A stretch of DNA of 64,000 nt from the human T2T-CHM13v2.0 reference genome, Homo sapiens (GCF_009914755.1 NC_060928.1); one strand, 5' to 3'. Shown: positions 15,108 to 28,470, numbered from the stretch's first letter. The notes: generated by a model not told the origin, from the sequence alone. Numbers and translations: made by a program.

Positions 15108-15795
15108 CGAATAGAACTAATAAAGATAGGGTAAGAGATTTGCTAATTAAAATTTGACAATGTCTAACACTGAGATTTAGTTAGAAATAATATTCTTTAT
15201 GTATCTTATAGATATGTTAGGTGTAGGCTTTATCAGGTAATAAGTGAGAAAGAGTAAAGATAAATGTATTTCTTGATCTCAAGGAACTTTTTAAATTTAG
15301 AATAATGTATTTTCACAATTTTAAGGTGCTATATAGGTTACATTTTCATATACCTATAAATTATATACACATCTAAAATCAATTTATTTTAGAGATTAGA
15401 GATATGAGTAAATTTGATATAAATTATTAGCATAAACATTAGCTATCAACCACTTTTGAAATGGTACTCATTAGGAGGTTATTCTCTAACTAACATAAAA
15501 TTTCTTATATCATTTTTCTATATGCAGAGTAGAGAAATTCAAGCCATAATAATAGTTGCTATTTAAGATAGTCCAGCTCTGCTCTTTTATGGAATGAAAA
15601 ATTATAAGAATTCAAGAAATAACACATATACAAATATCAAATTTTTGTCAAATTTAGAGACAAGATTTTATAATGTTCATCTTAAATCATCACAATAAGA
15701 AATAGTTTAGATCCAGATTTATCTCTTATTAAGAATTCCTATCAATTATAACCAGATTTCATATCAGCTTTGATTCTTTTTTTGTTTTTCCACTG

Positions 15796-16166
15796 TACTA
15801 TGGTTTAAATGTGTCCCAAAAATTTTATGTGTTGGAATCTTAATCCCTAAATTTATACGTTGATTGGAGGTGGAACATTTAAGAGGTAATTAGGATTAAT
15901 AAGGTCCTGAGGGTGGGGCCCCCACAATGGGACTGGAGGCTTCATAAGAAGAGAAAGAAAGAGCTGAGTTGACACGCATGCTCTTGCCCTCTTGCCATGC
16001 GATGTCCTCCACCATATTATGACACAGCAATAAGGCCCTTGCAAGATGTCAGCTCCATGCTCTTGGACTTCCCAGCCTCCAAAACCATAAAGTAAATAAA
16101 CGTATTTTCTTTAAAATTACTCAGTCTCAGGTATTTTGTTATAGCTACAGAAAACAGAGTAAGACA
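15796..16166 (+). mobile_element. MST-family MaLR solo LTR (MSTC-like)
   Basis: 'tactatggtttaaatgtgtccc' ... 'ctcttggacttcccagcctcc' ... 'gttatagctacagaaaacagagtaagaca'. Confidence 0.85.
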
Positions 16167-16518
16167 AACTCAATCTGATGACACACGTCAACTGGTAGAC
16201 ACAGGTAACTTATTTAGCTGAGTCAATCTGGTTCATGAGATGTAGAATATAGCAAAGCTTACAGTCAAAGGGTAGGGCCCCAACTGCTATCTATTTTGTC
16301 CTCCAAGTCATATTTACTAATAGAGTAAAGATTCTAGAGCTTAGAGGAGCGCTTTAGTACCTATTACCCCCTAAGAAACACCATCCACTGATCTGGGGGC
16401 ATAGCTTCTGCCTAAGTTTGGCTTAGATTTGCATTCTGATTGTTGAATACTCTTGTGGCCTCACTCTTTTTACATTCACAATTAGAACTGGAGACCAAAT
16501 TTCCATTTCTCTGGCTAG

Positions 16519-16627
16519 GCTGTGGTGCCTATCAAACACAGTTTGGAGCCAAGAGGAAGAAACTGCAGGAATATACAGACTGCCTGCATGATATACTTCT
16601 CAAATATTACAACTTAATGTCACAAAG
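16519..16627 (+). other. Candidate exon (open frame GCGAYQTQFGAKRKKLQEYTDCLHDILLKYYNLMSQ)
   Basis: Acceptor 'ttccatttctctggctag|', donor 'AAG|gtgaag' (weak); one frame open throughout. Confidence 0.2.
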
Positions 16628-16642
16628 GTGAAGAAAGATATA

Positions 16643-17076
16643 TAGTTGACCCTTGACATGGGCTTGAACTGCATGGGTCCACTTATTTGTGAGTTTTCTT
16701 CTGCCTCTGCCAGCCCTGAGACAGCAAGACCAACCCTTCTTCTTCCTCCTCCTCAGCCTACTCAAGGTGATCAAGACAAGGATGCAAACCTTTATGGTGA
16801 TACACTTCCATTTCATAAGTAGTAAATACATTCTCTCTTCCTTATGAGTTTCTCAAAAATATTTTATTTTCTCTTGCTTACTTTATTGGAAGATAGTATC
16901 TAATACATATAACCTAGAAAACGTGTGTTAATTGACTGCTTATGTTATCTGTAAGGCTTCCAGTTAACAGTAGGCTATTAGCAATTACGTTTTTGAGAAG
17001 TCAAAAAGTATACAAAGATTTTAGGGTATGTGAGGGGTCAGTGACCCTAACTCCTGCGTTGTTCAAGGGTAAACTG
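16643..17076 (+). mobile_element. Tigger2a/MER28 DNA transposon
   Basis: Terminal inverted repeats 'tagttgacccttga' / 'ttcaagggtaaactg', TA flanks, characteristic 'gagacagcaagaccaacccttcttcttcctcctcctcagcctactcaa'. Confidence 0.9.
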
Positions 17077-17626
17077 TATATCTGTAAAAAATGAATCACA
17101 TTTATGCTTACAAAATCAATGTATCTGTTTGTGTTCTGGTAGTCAACATTGTACACTTTGAATGTACTAATTAAACCATGAACTATTAACCTATGAACAC
17201 CACTTTATAGAGCGATCTCCTACACTATATCATACTGTGCCCCTTTGCCCAGCACTTCAGCTCTGTGTAGTTTCCCTTTTTCAGATCATGGTGCTGTTTT
17301 CATAACCTCCAAGCATCAATAAAGATGTTATCAATGAGAGACAAATCTTTCAATGCTGGGCTCCAGACAGAATTTCACAAAATGGCAGCTCCTGTATTTT
17401 CTCTTATTTGTGCTCCAAATCATCTTATTCTCCTAATTTGGAAATAACCCACCTCAAAATAACTTTAAAGAGCCAAATATGTTAGAAAGCAAAATGTAGA
17501 AGTATTATAAGAAAATATAGACAAATGGTTGTGATAGTTGGAAATTGGTAAGACATTCTTAAGCAACATATAAAATGCAAAGCCATAAAGGCACACATTA
17601 AGATAATTAGTAACATGCAAATAAAG

Positions 17627-17806
17627 TCACCCTATCTTCTCCTTCCCTATGCAACGTCACCCCATCGTCTTCTTCCCTGTGCAGCATCACCCCATCTTCA
17701 CCCAGACCCAAGACCCAATCTCCCTTCCCTGTGGAGCGTCACCCCATCTTCTCCTTCCCTGTGCAGGGTCACCCCATCTTCACCCAGACCCAAGGCCCAG
17801 CCTCCT
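17627..17806. repeat. Pyrimidine-rich 30-bp minisatellite with an 82-bp higher-order duplication
   Basis: Unit gtcaccccatcttctccttccctgtgcagc starts five times; two copies extend into 'cacccagacccaag'. Confidence 0.85.
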
Positions 17807-18060
17807 TTCACTCCTCTCCACTCTCCATCACTCCATTTGGATTTCCCTTTGTGTGACAACTCGTGCTGCAAGCTTTTTGCTACTGTCTTTTTCATAGAAA
17901 AATCCATGTTCTTGTTCCTTATTTCATATTTATCTTTCTACTCACATAAGATTATACAATCATTTCTTGAAGTCAGGCCCTTAACAAAGGAGTAACTAAA
18001 AATGGCTTTCGACCCTGGAAATACCAAAGAAGGCTTTTTGCCTTTTGCTTTTTTTTTTCT

Positions 18061-18202
18061 TTATATCAGCCTATCTAGCGATGTCCTGAAGCAATATAAA
18101 TGGCCAGCATTGTTCCAGTACTCCAGCATTCCATTCACGCTTATCGATCTGATATTCGTAGTGAAAATCCCACTTTTCCCCCAGTCACTTGATCTGTAAG
18201 AG
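18061..18202. other. Exon-like unique segment with splice signals on both strands
   Basis: Plus: T-tract acceptor 'tttttttttctttatatcag|' (18070) and donors 'CT|gtaaga' (18196) and 'GAG|gtgaga' (18203). Minus: acceptor 'tttcctctcacctcttacag|' (18193) with a frame open to TAA at 18061. Confidence 0.25.
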
Positions 18203-19221
18203 GTGAGAGGAAACTTCAAAGTGATTGCACTGAGCTTCCGTGGCTTTTACGCGGATTTTAGAGGAAGCTGATTAAAGGGTGATAAGTACTTTCAAAGTTT
18301 CAAATGCGATTTCTGTTCTAAGCCCATATTAATAAGTCATTTTAATATACTGAACAAAACTACAGATGTGGCTAGAACAAAGAAACATTTTAGACCAAAG
18401 CTCATGTATTTATCCAAGTGCCAAATCCCTTTGGCTGGACTGCTTGTCTTTTACAATGCCTGTGATAGAGACCAGAGTGTTTAGAATAGGACACTTATGT
18501 GACAAGCCTTTCACAATTAATTTTAGGTTAGCCACACCAAACATAAACCGTAATAGTATTCCTGGAAAGGAAATGCGTAACCATCACGAATACCAGAGTT
18601 TTTAAGACAAAATAGTTTAATCAGAGTCAGGGTATCAAAAACACAGAGAGAAAAGTTGAAAAATTCCCCAGGAATTTAAAAATAATTTGTTCATTTGGCC
18701 TGCAAAAAAAAATGCACTTTTTCTGAAATTCATACATGCCAACATTATGCCTAAAATACAGAAGAGATAGAAGAAACGAATTGAAATCCATTGACTCTGT
18801 AAAAATTGAGATGACACTGGCTGGATTGACTGTTAAATATAAGATTTTGGTACTTATCGGAGATGACGGTGAGATTAGGACTAAAATGAGACAATAGAAA
18901 TATTATGGGGAAACGTTATATTACATGAAGTTCTGAAATAAAAACATTTTGGAGAACATTAATCTGGCACAAAATTTTATGCATGTTAATGATAAAACGG
19001 CTTTTCAATGTTAACTTACTGGAAAATAAAATATTCTGTTTGTGAATCAGTGGTTAACTGGTGTCATGAGGGAGCTGCTAACCTCTAGCAGATAGGCTGC
19101 AGGTGATCTGAACGCAAGCCAATCCCATCTAGATCATGGAGAAAGCAGGGTAGTGGGAGGAATGGCACCAAAGAATTAAATGTTAAATGCTTGGAAAACT
19201 AAATAAGGCAATAATTCTTAC

Positions 19222-19415
19222 AAGCTACTCTCAGGTGAGAATCCAATTACGATACCATTATTACGAATACATTTTCCTTTTATTAAATAGAAATAATTTA
19301 ATGAAGGAGTGCCTTTCATTTTGAGCCTCATCGTGCAGCTTTGTGCAAAGTGGCCTATGGGTGTCAATAAATAGGAACTAAACATGACTACGTTCTTGGA
19401 GGCCAATGAGATCAT
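19222..19415 (-). other. Candidate exon (194 nt, open frame)
   Basis: Acceptor 'ctgccttttctttacatag|ATG', donor 'CTT|gtaaga'; coincides with track ORF 19218-19415. Confidence 0.25.
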
Positions 19416-21047
19416 CTATGTAAAGAAAAGGCAGAATGTTGGAAATGATCATTTTATGATAATGATTAAAATGATAACTTTTAATTATTCATACTCCCTG
19501 CCTATTTAAGAAGCTAATTCCTTTCAAGAATTAGGCCTTGAGCCACAACAGAATAAAATATAAAGCTCAATTTGCTTTTTCTAGTAAATTACAATGGACT
19601 AGAATGTAATATAAGCCAATATTTTTAAAAAATCAGTTGTGTTGTCTTTCTCCAGACCTGCCAATCAATCACAGAGAAATAGTATGTATTCTTCCCTCTC
19701 TGATTCCATTGAGTCTAGATAGTTTTAAAGGCATTTACATTAGATCTTCAGGGCTCCATACAAGTTTAAATAACTTATTTGCTGCCACAAAAAATTAATT
19801 TCACAGATATTCTAAGTAAATGTCCATGTTTAAACAGCTTCACATTTTTCTCTTTTTCAATGACTCTAATTCTTGGACAAAACATATTTCTCTTTACAAA
19901 TTCATTTATGCATTCATAAAAATTCAAATATAAAGTTAAAGTTTGGGATATTTTAAAATTTTCTATATCTTATAATTCAGGGTAGACATTATGGAAAGTA
20001 TGGAAATAAGCACTTTAGCCAACAAATTCTTCAAAGCAGGCATTCTACTCTGTGTATTTTCACCGGAGCCTGTGGGGAGTTCCGGATCAGAAAACCCAAT
20101 TTATCTGTCACTGCTGTTGTCTTGGGGAACCAGGATCTTTTGCAAGTTTAAGACCCAGTGAACTTCTTACATTTCCCCAAAGAAATAAGATTGAATTTTA
20201 TGTAAATATACATCCAATGACATTTAAGCTTACCTCACGTGCCACAAAAATTATAAACTAGGGTCAAACAGAGATATTACCTTTTAAAAGGGGATACATA
20301 TTCAAAATGAACCAATACTTTTTTCTCAGAAAAATAGCTATTGCAGGAGAATTCTAACAAAAAAGATAAGGTCTTATTTCTTAAAACATTAACATTTAGA
20401 CTAGGAAGCATCAAAGGACATCTCAGAGACTAGGGCAGCTCACCTGAAAGGTCATTCTACTGCCAAGTTTTGGATTACAATTGAATTCAGCTTCTGACCC
20501 CAGAAATGAAGATAAATGGTGGACTCTCTGCATGATGTTAACTTATATTTTTGAAGAAAGTCTTGTTATTCTTTTAAACTTTGTTCTGTATAGTGCACTG
20601 ACTCCTTTAGCATGTATCTTAAATTAGCTTGCTTATAATATTCTTTCTCTCTCTTTCCCTCTCTTCCTATTAAAATGAAAACAAAGTACTCTGAAAAATT
20701 AGAATGAACTACAGCCTCATTAATATATGTGTATGTGCATATTGCATCTGTGAATGAAAATTTGTAATGAAAATTAATTGAGAATTTAAGATGAATACTC
20801 AGTTCATTATTACTTTGGTTTTAGCTTTTTTCTAGAATCTCCATTTATAGACATAATAATTTTCTTTTTACAGGATACAGTCTGATTTCTACCATTCTCT
20901 TGCTCTTAAAAAATTATTATCTCAAAGGTCAATAATGACATTTTAATTACCAAATGTAGTGACTGTTATTTTCATTGATTTCCTTATTGTTTTCATTGAT
21001 TACCTGCAGCATTTGAAACACTTGCCTTCATTCCTTTTTGAAACATG

Positions 21048-21140
21048 TCCTTCTCCCTTTTCTTTCTTTTTCCTTCCTTCCTTCCTTCCTCCCTCCCTCC
21101 CTCCCTTTCTTCCTTCCTTCCTTCTTTCTTCTTTCCTTAC
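21048..21140. repeat. (CCTT/CCCT/CTTT)n pyrimidine microsatellite
   Basis: Directly visible. Confidence 0.9.
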
Positions 21141-21478
21141 TGCCTGTCTTTAGCTTACTAAGGGCTTAGAAATTTGAAGCCCAGCAAACCAACAGTGATA
21201 CCTACATACCAGTTGTGCAACCTTGAGCAACTTGCTACCTAACCTGTCTAATCAGTGTGGTGTCAGCTTGTGATGTCAAGATTGAGCTTAAATGCTTAAA
21301 TGCTTAGCTTAAATGCTTCTGTCAATTGAAAAAAAAAGATATAAAGAAAATGGTAATAAGTGCAATAAAATCCTGAGTGTTGAAGCCCTAGCCACTCTTG
21401 AGAGGTTCTCAAACTAGGTAGATGGTGGGAGGCCTGGACACATCGCCACAAACCAGGTTCAGGTATGGATGGGTCTTA

Positions 21479-21883
<405 letters not shown>

Positions 21884-21975
21884 TCAGTTTTCTCATCTCT
21901 TCATCCTGGGGACTTGAGAGCTCTCTTTCCCTCTTCCTTGCTCTGCATGTGGAATGTTATGAAATCTTGCCCTTC

Positions 21976-22630
<655 letters not shown>

Positions 22631-22684
22631 GCATACCACCTTCCTATGCTGTGACCCCCACCTGTTTTAGCATCTTATCTACTT

Positions 22685-23200
22685 AGTCACTCATTGATTT
22701 CATTTAATATCATATACATATGTACTGAGGGCCTACTGCATGTCTATAGTTATAGTAGTGACGCACATCACATATGAGCTCCCACTTCCATCTCACTTAA
22801 TATCATATACATATGTACTGAGGGCCTACTGCATGTCTATAGTTATAGTAGTGACACACATCACATATGAGCTCCCACTTCCATCTCACTTAATATCATA
22901 TACATATGTACTGAGGGCCTACTGCATGTCTATAGTTATAGTAGTGACACACATCACATATGAGCTCCCACTTCCATCTCACTTACATTACAAAAAGGAG
23001 AGGTTGATGACAAACAGCTAAAAGAATAACAAAACAGGACGATGCAATAGAGGACGAATGAGGAGAGAAGGATCCATTTCAGATAGTTAGCCAGTGATGG
23101 CCTTTCTCCAGAACAGACATTTGAGCTAAGATCTGAATGTAAAGAGGAAGCCAACCACGCTAAGTTTCAGCAGAGGCTTCCGGGCAGAAGGGAGGCAGAA
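22685..23200 (-). mobile_element. L2 3' remnant
   Basis: 'tcattgatttcatttaatatc...tactgagggcctactgc' and 'gacatttgagctaagatctgaatg...ggaagccaaccacgctaag' resemble antisense L2. Confidence 0.6.
22704..22985. repeat. 93-bp tandem repeat, 3 near-identical copies, inside an L2 remnant
   Basis: Copies start at 22704, 22797 and 22890; only one difference seen (gacgcac/gacacac). Confidence 0.95.
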
Positions 23201-24255
23201 ACAAAACCCCAGTGCGAGCCAACATCAACATACTATACACACTCAGGCCAAAACTGGACTCCTGGCTGATTCATGACTCTTGCTTTGCAACTTGTTTCCA
23301 TTAATGCTGTTGTTCATGATGGTTCCTCTACTCCAACCCTTTTTGTTAAAATCCATCCGTCAAGTCCTAATTCGAACGCAACCCTGAAGTTTCCCTTTTT
23401 CATCAAAATTACGTGCATTCTTCCTCTCCATTAAGACTTGTCTCATTCTTGGAGTTTTATATTCTGTCACTATGTACTTATCTGTGTGCTCAGCTCATGC
23501 CCCTAGCAAAGTGTGTGTTACCAGAGGACAAGATTTAAAATAAATTATTGGTTTTTGTTCTGTATGGAGTCTGATATAATGTTTTAAGTACAAGAATTTT
23601 TCAAAAAGTATTTATGGAATTTGAGAAAATGTGCACACTTATTTAAACATCAGACTACCATTTACTAACATTTGTCTGCAGTGATCATGGCTTCCAATTA
23701 CCCTCTAGAAAACATCCAAAGTGCCTCACAAGGATGCAGGGCTTTTGCGATCTGGCCCCCACCTTCACGTTGCAGCTTCAAACTTGTTTACACTGGGCTT
23801 TATTTCCCTGTTATCCAGCTATGTTTAGCTATTTTTATTTCTCATAATGGAGCATGCTATCTGTCCATATTCACCTTTGCACATGCCATTGAGTTGGCTT
23901 GGACTCACCGTCCACTCCCAGCCACCACAAATCTACCTTCTCCGTTGCTCCCGCCTGGATGGTAGTCTAGGACTTCCTATGCCAGCACCAGACTCCCCAG
24001 AAAGCATTTCTTTTCCTGTCTCTGCCCACATGTGGATTAGCAGCCCATCTTATGTGTTTCCTAAAGCCTCATATTTATCCCTATCCCAACACTGAAGAAA
24101 GTGTGGTGATCTACTCATTTATTTACTTCTTCTAATGCACTACAAGGTTCTCGAGGTAGGAAGTTAACTAAGTTCTCCCTCTCATTCCCAGTGATAGCAC
24201 AGTTCCCAGCACATAGTGAGTGTTTAATAAGTATCTTTGAAAGAATGAATGAGCT

Positions 24256-24876
24256 GATCAATCATGAATTCCGCAAGAGCATCTTCTATAGGCCACTGCA
24301 TCCTCACTGCCTGGGACAGTGCTTGATTAATCATGAATTCTGCAAGAGCATCTTCTATAGGCCACTGAGTCCTCACTGCCTGGGACAGTGCTTGATTAAT
24401 CATGAATTCCTCAAGAGCATCTTCTATAGGCCACTGCGTCCTCACTGCCTGGGACAGTGCTTGATCAATCATGAATTCCTCAAGAGCATCTTCTATAGGC
24501 CACTGCGTGCTCACTGCCTGGGACAGTGCTTGATCAATCATGAATTCCTCAAGAGCAACTTCTATAGGCCACTGCGTCCTCACTGCCTGGGACAGTGCTT
24601 GATCAATCATGAATTCCTCAAGAGCATCTTCTATAAGCCACTGCGTGCTCACTGCCTGGGACAGTGCTTGATCAATCATGAATTCCATAAGAGCATCTTC
24701 TATAGGCCACTGCGTCCTCACTGCCTGGGACAGTGCTTGATGAATCATGAATTCCGCAAGAGCATCTTCCATAGGCCACTGCGTGCTCACTGCCTGGGAC
24801 AGTGCTTGATCAATCATGAATTCCTCAAGAGCATCTTCCATAGGCCACTGCGTCCTCACTGCCTGGAACAGTGCTT
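24256..24876. repeat. 69-bp VNTR, about 9 copies
   Basis: Unit gatcaatcatgaattcctcaagagcatcttctataggccactgcgtcctcactgcctgggacagtgctt; produces the 23-aa periodic ORFs on both strands; L2 tail-like sequence on both sides. Confidence 0.97.
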
Positions 24877-26353
24877 GGGTATATGGTCAGCACTCAATAA
24901 ACATTTGTTAAATAGAGGACTAAAATATTACAATTATGACTGTCTATTTTCCTCTATTTTTTCACACTTGTGCTGTGTATTTAAGGGGACTGACTAGGCT
25001 GAGGTGAATAGACTACAGTGCCTTCTCTCCAGGAACTCAGGATCTTGTTGAGACACAAAATACTTTAAATATGACAAGCTGATAATATCAACTGTTTATA
25101 GATAACTCATAACTCTAATTGACTTAAAAACTACATAGTGGAAACAGCATAGAACATGAATTGAAACAAAACTGGATTTAGTTATGGTGTGATTGTCTAA
25201 TCACATTTTACATTTCTCACCTTTGGCATCAGCCAATGTAACTGAGGATATTAAGGTATTTTGGATTTGGAGGACGATGTGCCTGGAAATATGCTAAGGC
25301 ATTTTGGCATCTATTCTCTAGTCATTGGGGCAACAATAAAATATTAAATATTCTTTCCAAAATTCAAATGTTTGTATTTGTAACATTTATTCCTGATGCT
25401 GTATATAAAGTATAATGCTAATTAAACTACAGTCCCCATTCTCGAGTGGGCATTTTTGTTTTGGGTTATGATTGGAATAGTCTCTATTTCTTATGAACTA
25501 CGTGGATTTATCCAGTGAAACTTCCTTCAGAAATTATATAAGGCTGTTAGGATGCAGGACTCACTGTAGCACCAGTATCATTTCTTCCCTAAACATGAAT
25601 TATCATTTAAATTTACTTCTTAAACAATGCTTTTCATGAGTGAAAAATGGCATATGTCATATGGATAAAGAATCACCGAATGACATCAGTGTATCCCAAA
25701 CCATTGCAGAAAGATAACTTGAAAGTACTGGATTAAGTCTAACGCCTTAAGAGGAGGCGGATGGTTTACATAGTCCTTGACACTGGAAACATGTCTCAAT
25801 GACACTGTATGTTTTCTCTCTTTAGTTTTCACTTCATTTTGATCCATCGCTTCATGTGAATTAAACAATGGGAGCAGGTGGTATGGAAGTCCTGATTTGA
25901 CCACATTCTTCTCTATGACATGTCTTAAATTTCATGAGTTTCCTGTGTAAACTCTCTTTGGCAGACCCTCTGGATACTTCGTGATGGCAAAAACACATCT
26001 TACTCTGGTAAAATATTAAGGGTGTTCCTCGAATCTGAATAATAAAATGGCATTGAGATGAAGTACATTAATGATGCTTGGCAGAACAACAGTCAGGGTG
26101 TTTTCAAGGTATTCCTCCTTTAAAAGTAAACATGGTAAGCGGAAAAGAAAATCACATGTAAATATGCGTACTTCATATGTTGGCAGGTGTGAACCTGTGA
26201 GTGGTGAAAAGGCGGGCTTTGTGTAACCAACACACATAGGTGATGTGGCAGATCTTGTAGAGTGAGCTCAGGGCTGGGGTTGGCAGGGAGGAGCAGCAGT
26301 AAGTCTGACTTGGTGCCATCACGGAGGAACATGGCCTTGCTCCAGGGCGTATA

Positions 26354-26591
26354 TCAGAGCTCCTCGGTGGGGACAGCACGATTGTCCCTGGTGTCTGTGT
26401 CCTGGCTCGCACTGCGGGTCACAGGCGGTATCTCCTCTGGCAATAGCTGCTCGTCCTCCCCTGAGCTCCAAGTATCTCCTGTGAGGTATTTGCCTGCCGT
26501 GCAATCAGCCCAATTTTCTCCTGGCTCTGATCTTACAGTGCGCACTGTTTTCCGCTGTGCTTGAGAAAAAATGTCGATTGAAGCCTGTTTC
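26354..26591 (-). other. Candidate terminal coding exon (...KQASIDIFSQAQRKTVR...RDNRAVPTEEL*)
   Basis: Acceptor 'gttgcctccag|G', then 78 sense codons to TGA; locally GC- and CpG-enriched unique DNA; AATAAA on minus at 25386-25391. No family recognised. Confidence 0.3.
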
Positions 26592-26824
26592 CTGGAGGCA
26601 ACACTTGTGACAAGAATTTCACCACGTACTTCAGGGGCTCTGGCCCACTACCTCTTCTACTGGAGCAAGTGGTGTGACTGTCTTACGAGAAAAGAACTCT
26701 GTTATTCATCTTGTTAGGTGGGTAGAATATGTCTTGGAAGTACAATCAACACCTGCAATATTCTTAATTTTGTCAAAATCCCCAAGGCTTCACACTACAA
26801 GGTACAGAAATCTAGCTTGGCACC

Positions 26825-27181
<357 letters not shown>

Positions 27182-27466
27182 CTAACCATTACTTTGCCGT
27201 ATATAAAAATTGGGCACAATTACAATACTCTTCAATATTTTATGTGAGGAGGAGCCATTTACATATAAAGGACTTAGCATAATGCTTTATATGACTAATA
27301 TAGGCCAATACATGTAGTAACTATGATTGTTGTAAAATATTAAATAACGATTAACGATAGAAATTCCAAGCAAAGAGACATCAGGTGGGACCTATACTTA
27401 GTGTTGCCCTCTGAGATTAGAGTGTCCAAAAGTAGAGAAACCTTGTACTGTGTGTTCCTCAGGACA

Positions 27467-27814
27467 GATCCAATGCAGATCTGTGGTCCCAGCATAATTA
27501 TTAATTAATAGCACACTCTTTGACTCTCAAGGATCCAATACAGATCTGTGGTCCCAGCATAATGATTAGTTAATAGCACACTCTTTGACTCTCAAGGATC
27601 CAATACAGCATAATTATTAGTTAATAGCACACTCTTTGACTCTCAAGGATCCAATACAGCATAATTATTAGTTAATAGCACACTCTTTGACTCTCAAGGA
27701 TCCAATACAGATCTGTGGTCCCAGCATAATTATTAGTTAATAGCACACTCTTTGACTGTCAAGGATCCAATACAGCCTAATTATTAGTTAATAGCACATC
27801 CTTTGACTCTCAAG
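27467..27814. repeat. Two-length VNTR (65,65,51,51,65,51 bp) expanded inside a MER81-like hAT-Blackjack element
   Basis: Units start at 27467, 27532, 27597, 27648, 27699 and 27764; unit and right flank resemble MER81 ('gtcccagcataattatt...aatagcac...ctctcaa...gtttagatgataaatt'). Confidence 0.92.
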
Positions 27815-28249
27815 TCTCAAAGTTTAGATGATAAATTTAAAGTTTTCTCTCCTCTTGGAGGACAGAATTGAGGAGTGTGGTGCCAAGAGAGAGTGTCCAG
27901 GAAATCTGATAACAAAGACAATATCCAGTTATCCTCATGGATATTCAAGCCAAAGCAAACTGGGCTGCTGTTTCCATCAGCAAAGTGACTAGAAATGAAC
28001 CTGTGATCATTACAGGGGTCTGGATGTCCCGCACAGCATGTGTGTATGTAGGTAATTGCCCTAAGGAACGGTGACGGGGTCTGGAACAGGACTTCAGTCC
28101 ACACCTTAGAGAAAGGCCAGGACACAAAAGCAAGGCACAGGCAGGTTTCATAAGGGCAAGAGCTCTAGGAATCCATCAGGTCAGAGACAAAGCACAGAAC
28201 ACCCAGAAGGTATTTAATTTAAGTGTGTTAACTCCTTCCATTCTCTAAC

Positions 28250-28470
28250 CTGGAATTCGGCGTCAGTCTTAAGTTCCAGTCCTGTTTCTGTCATGTACAT
28301 CTATGTCACCTTGCCCAGGCTTTTTACTTCATCATAACCAAGGCTCCTGGTTTTTAAAATAGGAACAAGAATACCTGCGTCACTGGGTGATTGTGCAGAT
28401 GAGATGAAAAAAGACAATATACACGCAGACTCACATGGAACTTAGCAAATAGGAAGAACTCATTAATGTT
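28250..28470 (+). mobile_element. MIR remnant
   Basis: 'ctatgtcaccttgcccagg...ttttaaaataggaacaagaatacctgcgtcactgggtgattgtgcagatgagatga'. Confidence 0.6.

Noticed and set aside
24191-24997. 268-aa Cys/His repeat ORF as a zinc-finger gene
   Set aside because: The spacing does not fit C2H2 (no C-x2-C...H-x3-H, no TGEKP linker) and the DNA units are near-identical VNTR copies.
27467-27814. CRISPR-like repeat/spacer array (also considered for 22704-22985 and 24256-24876)
   Set aside because: These are head-to-tail tandem units with no unique spacers, no cas genes and a primate genomic context.
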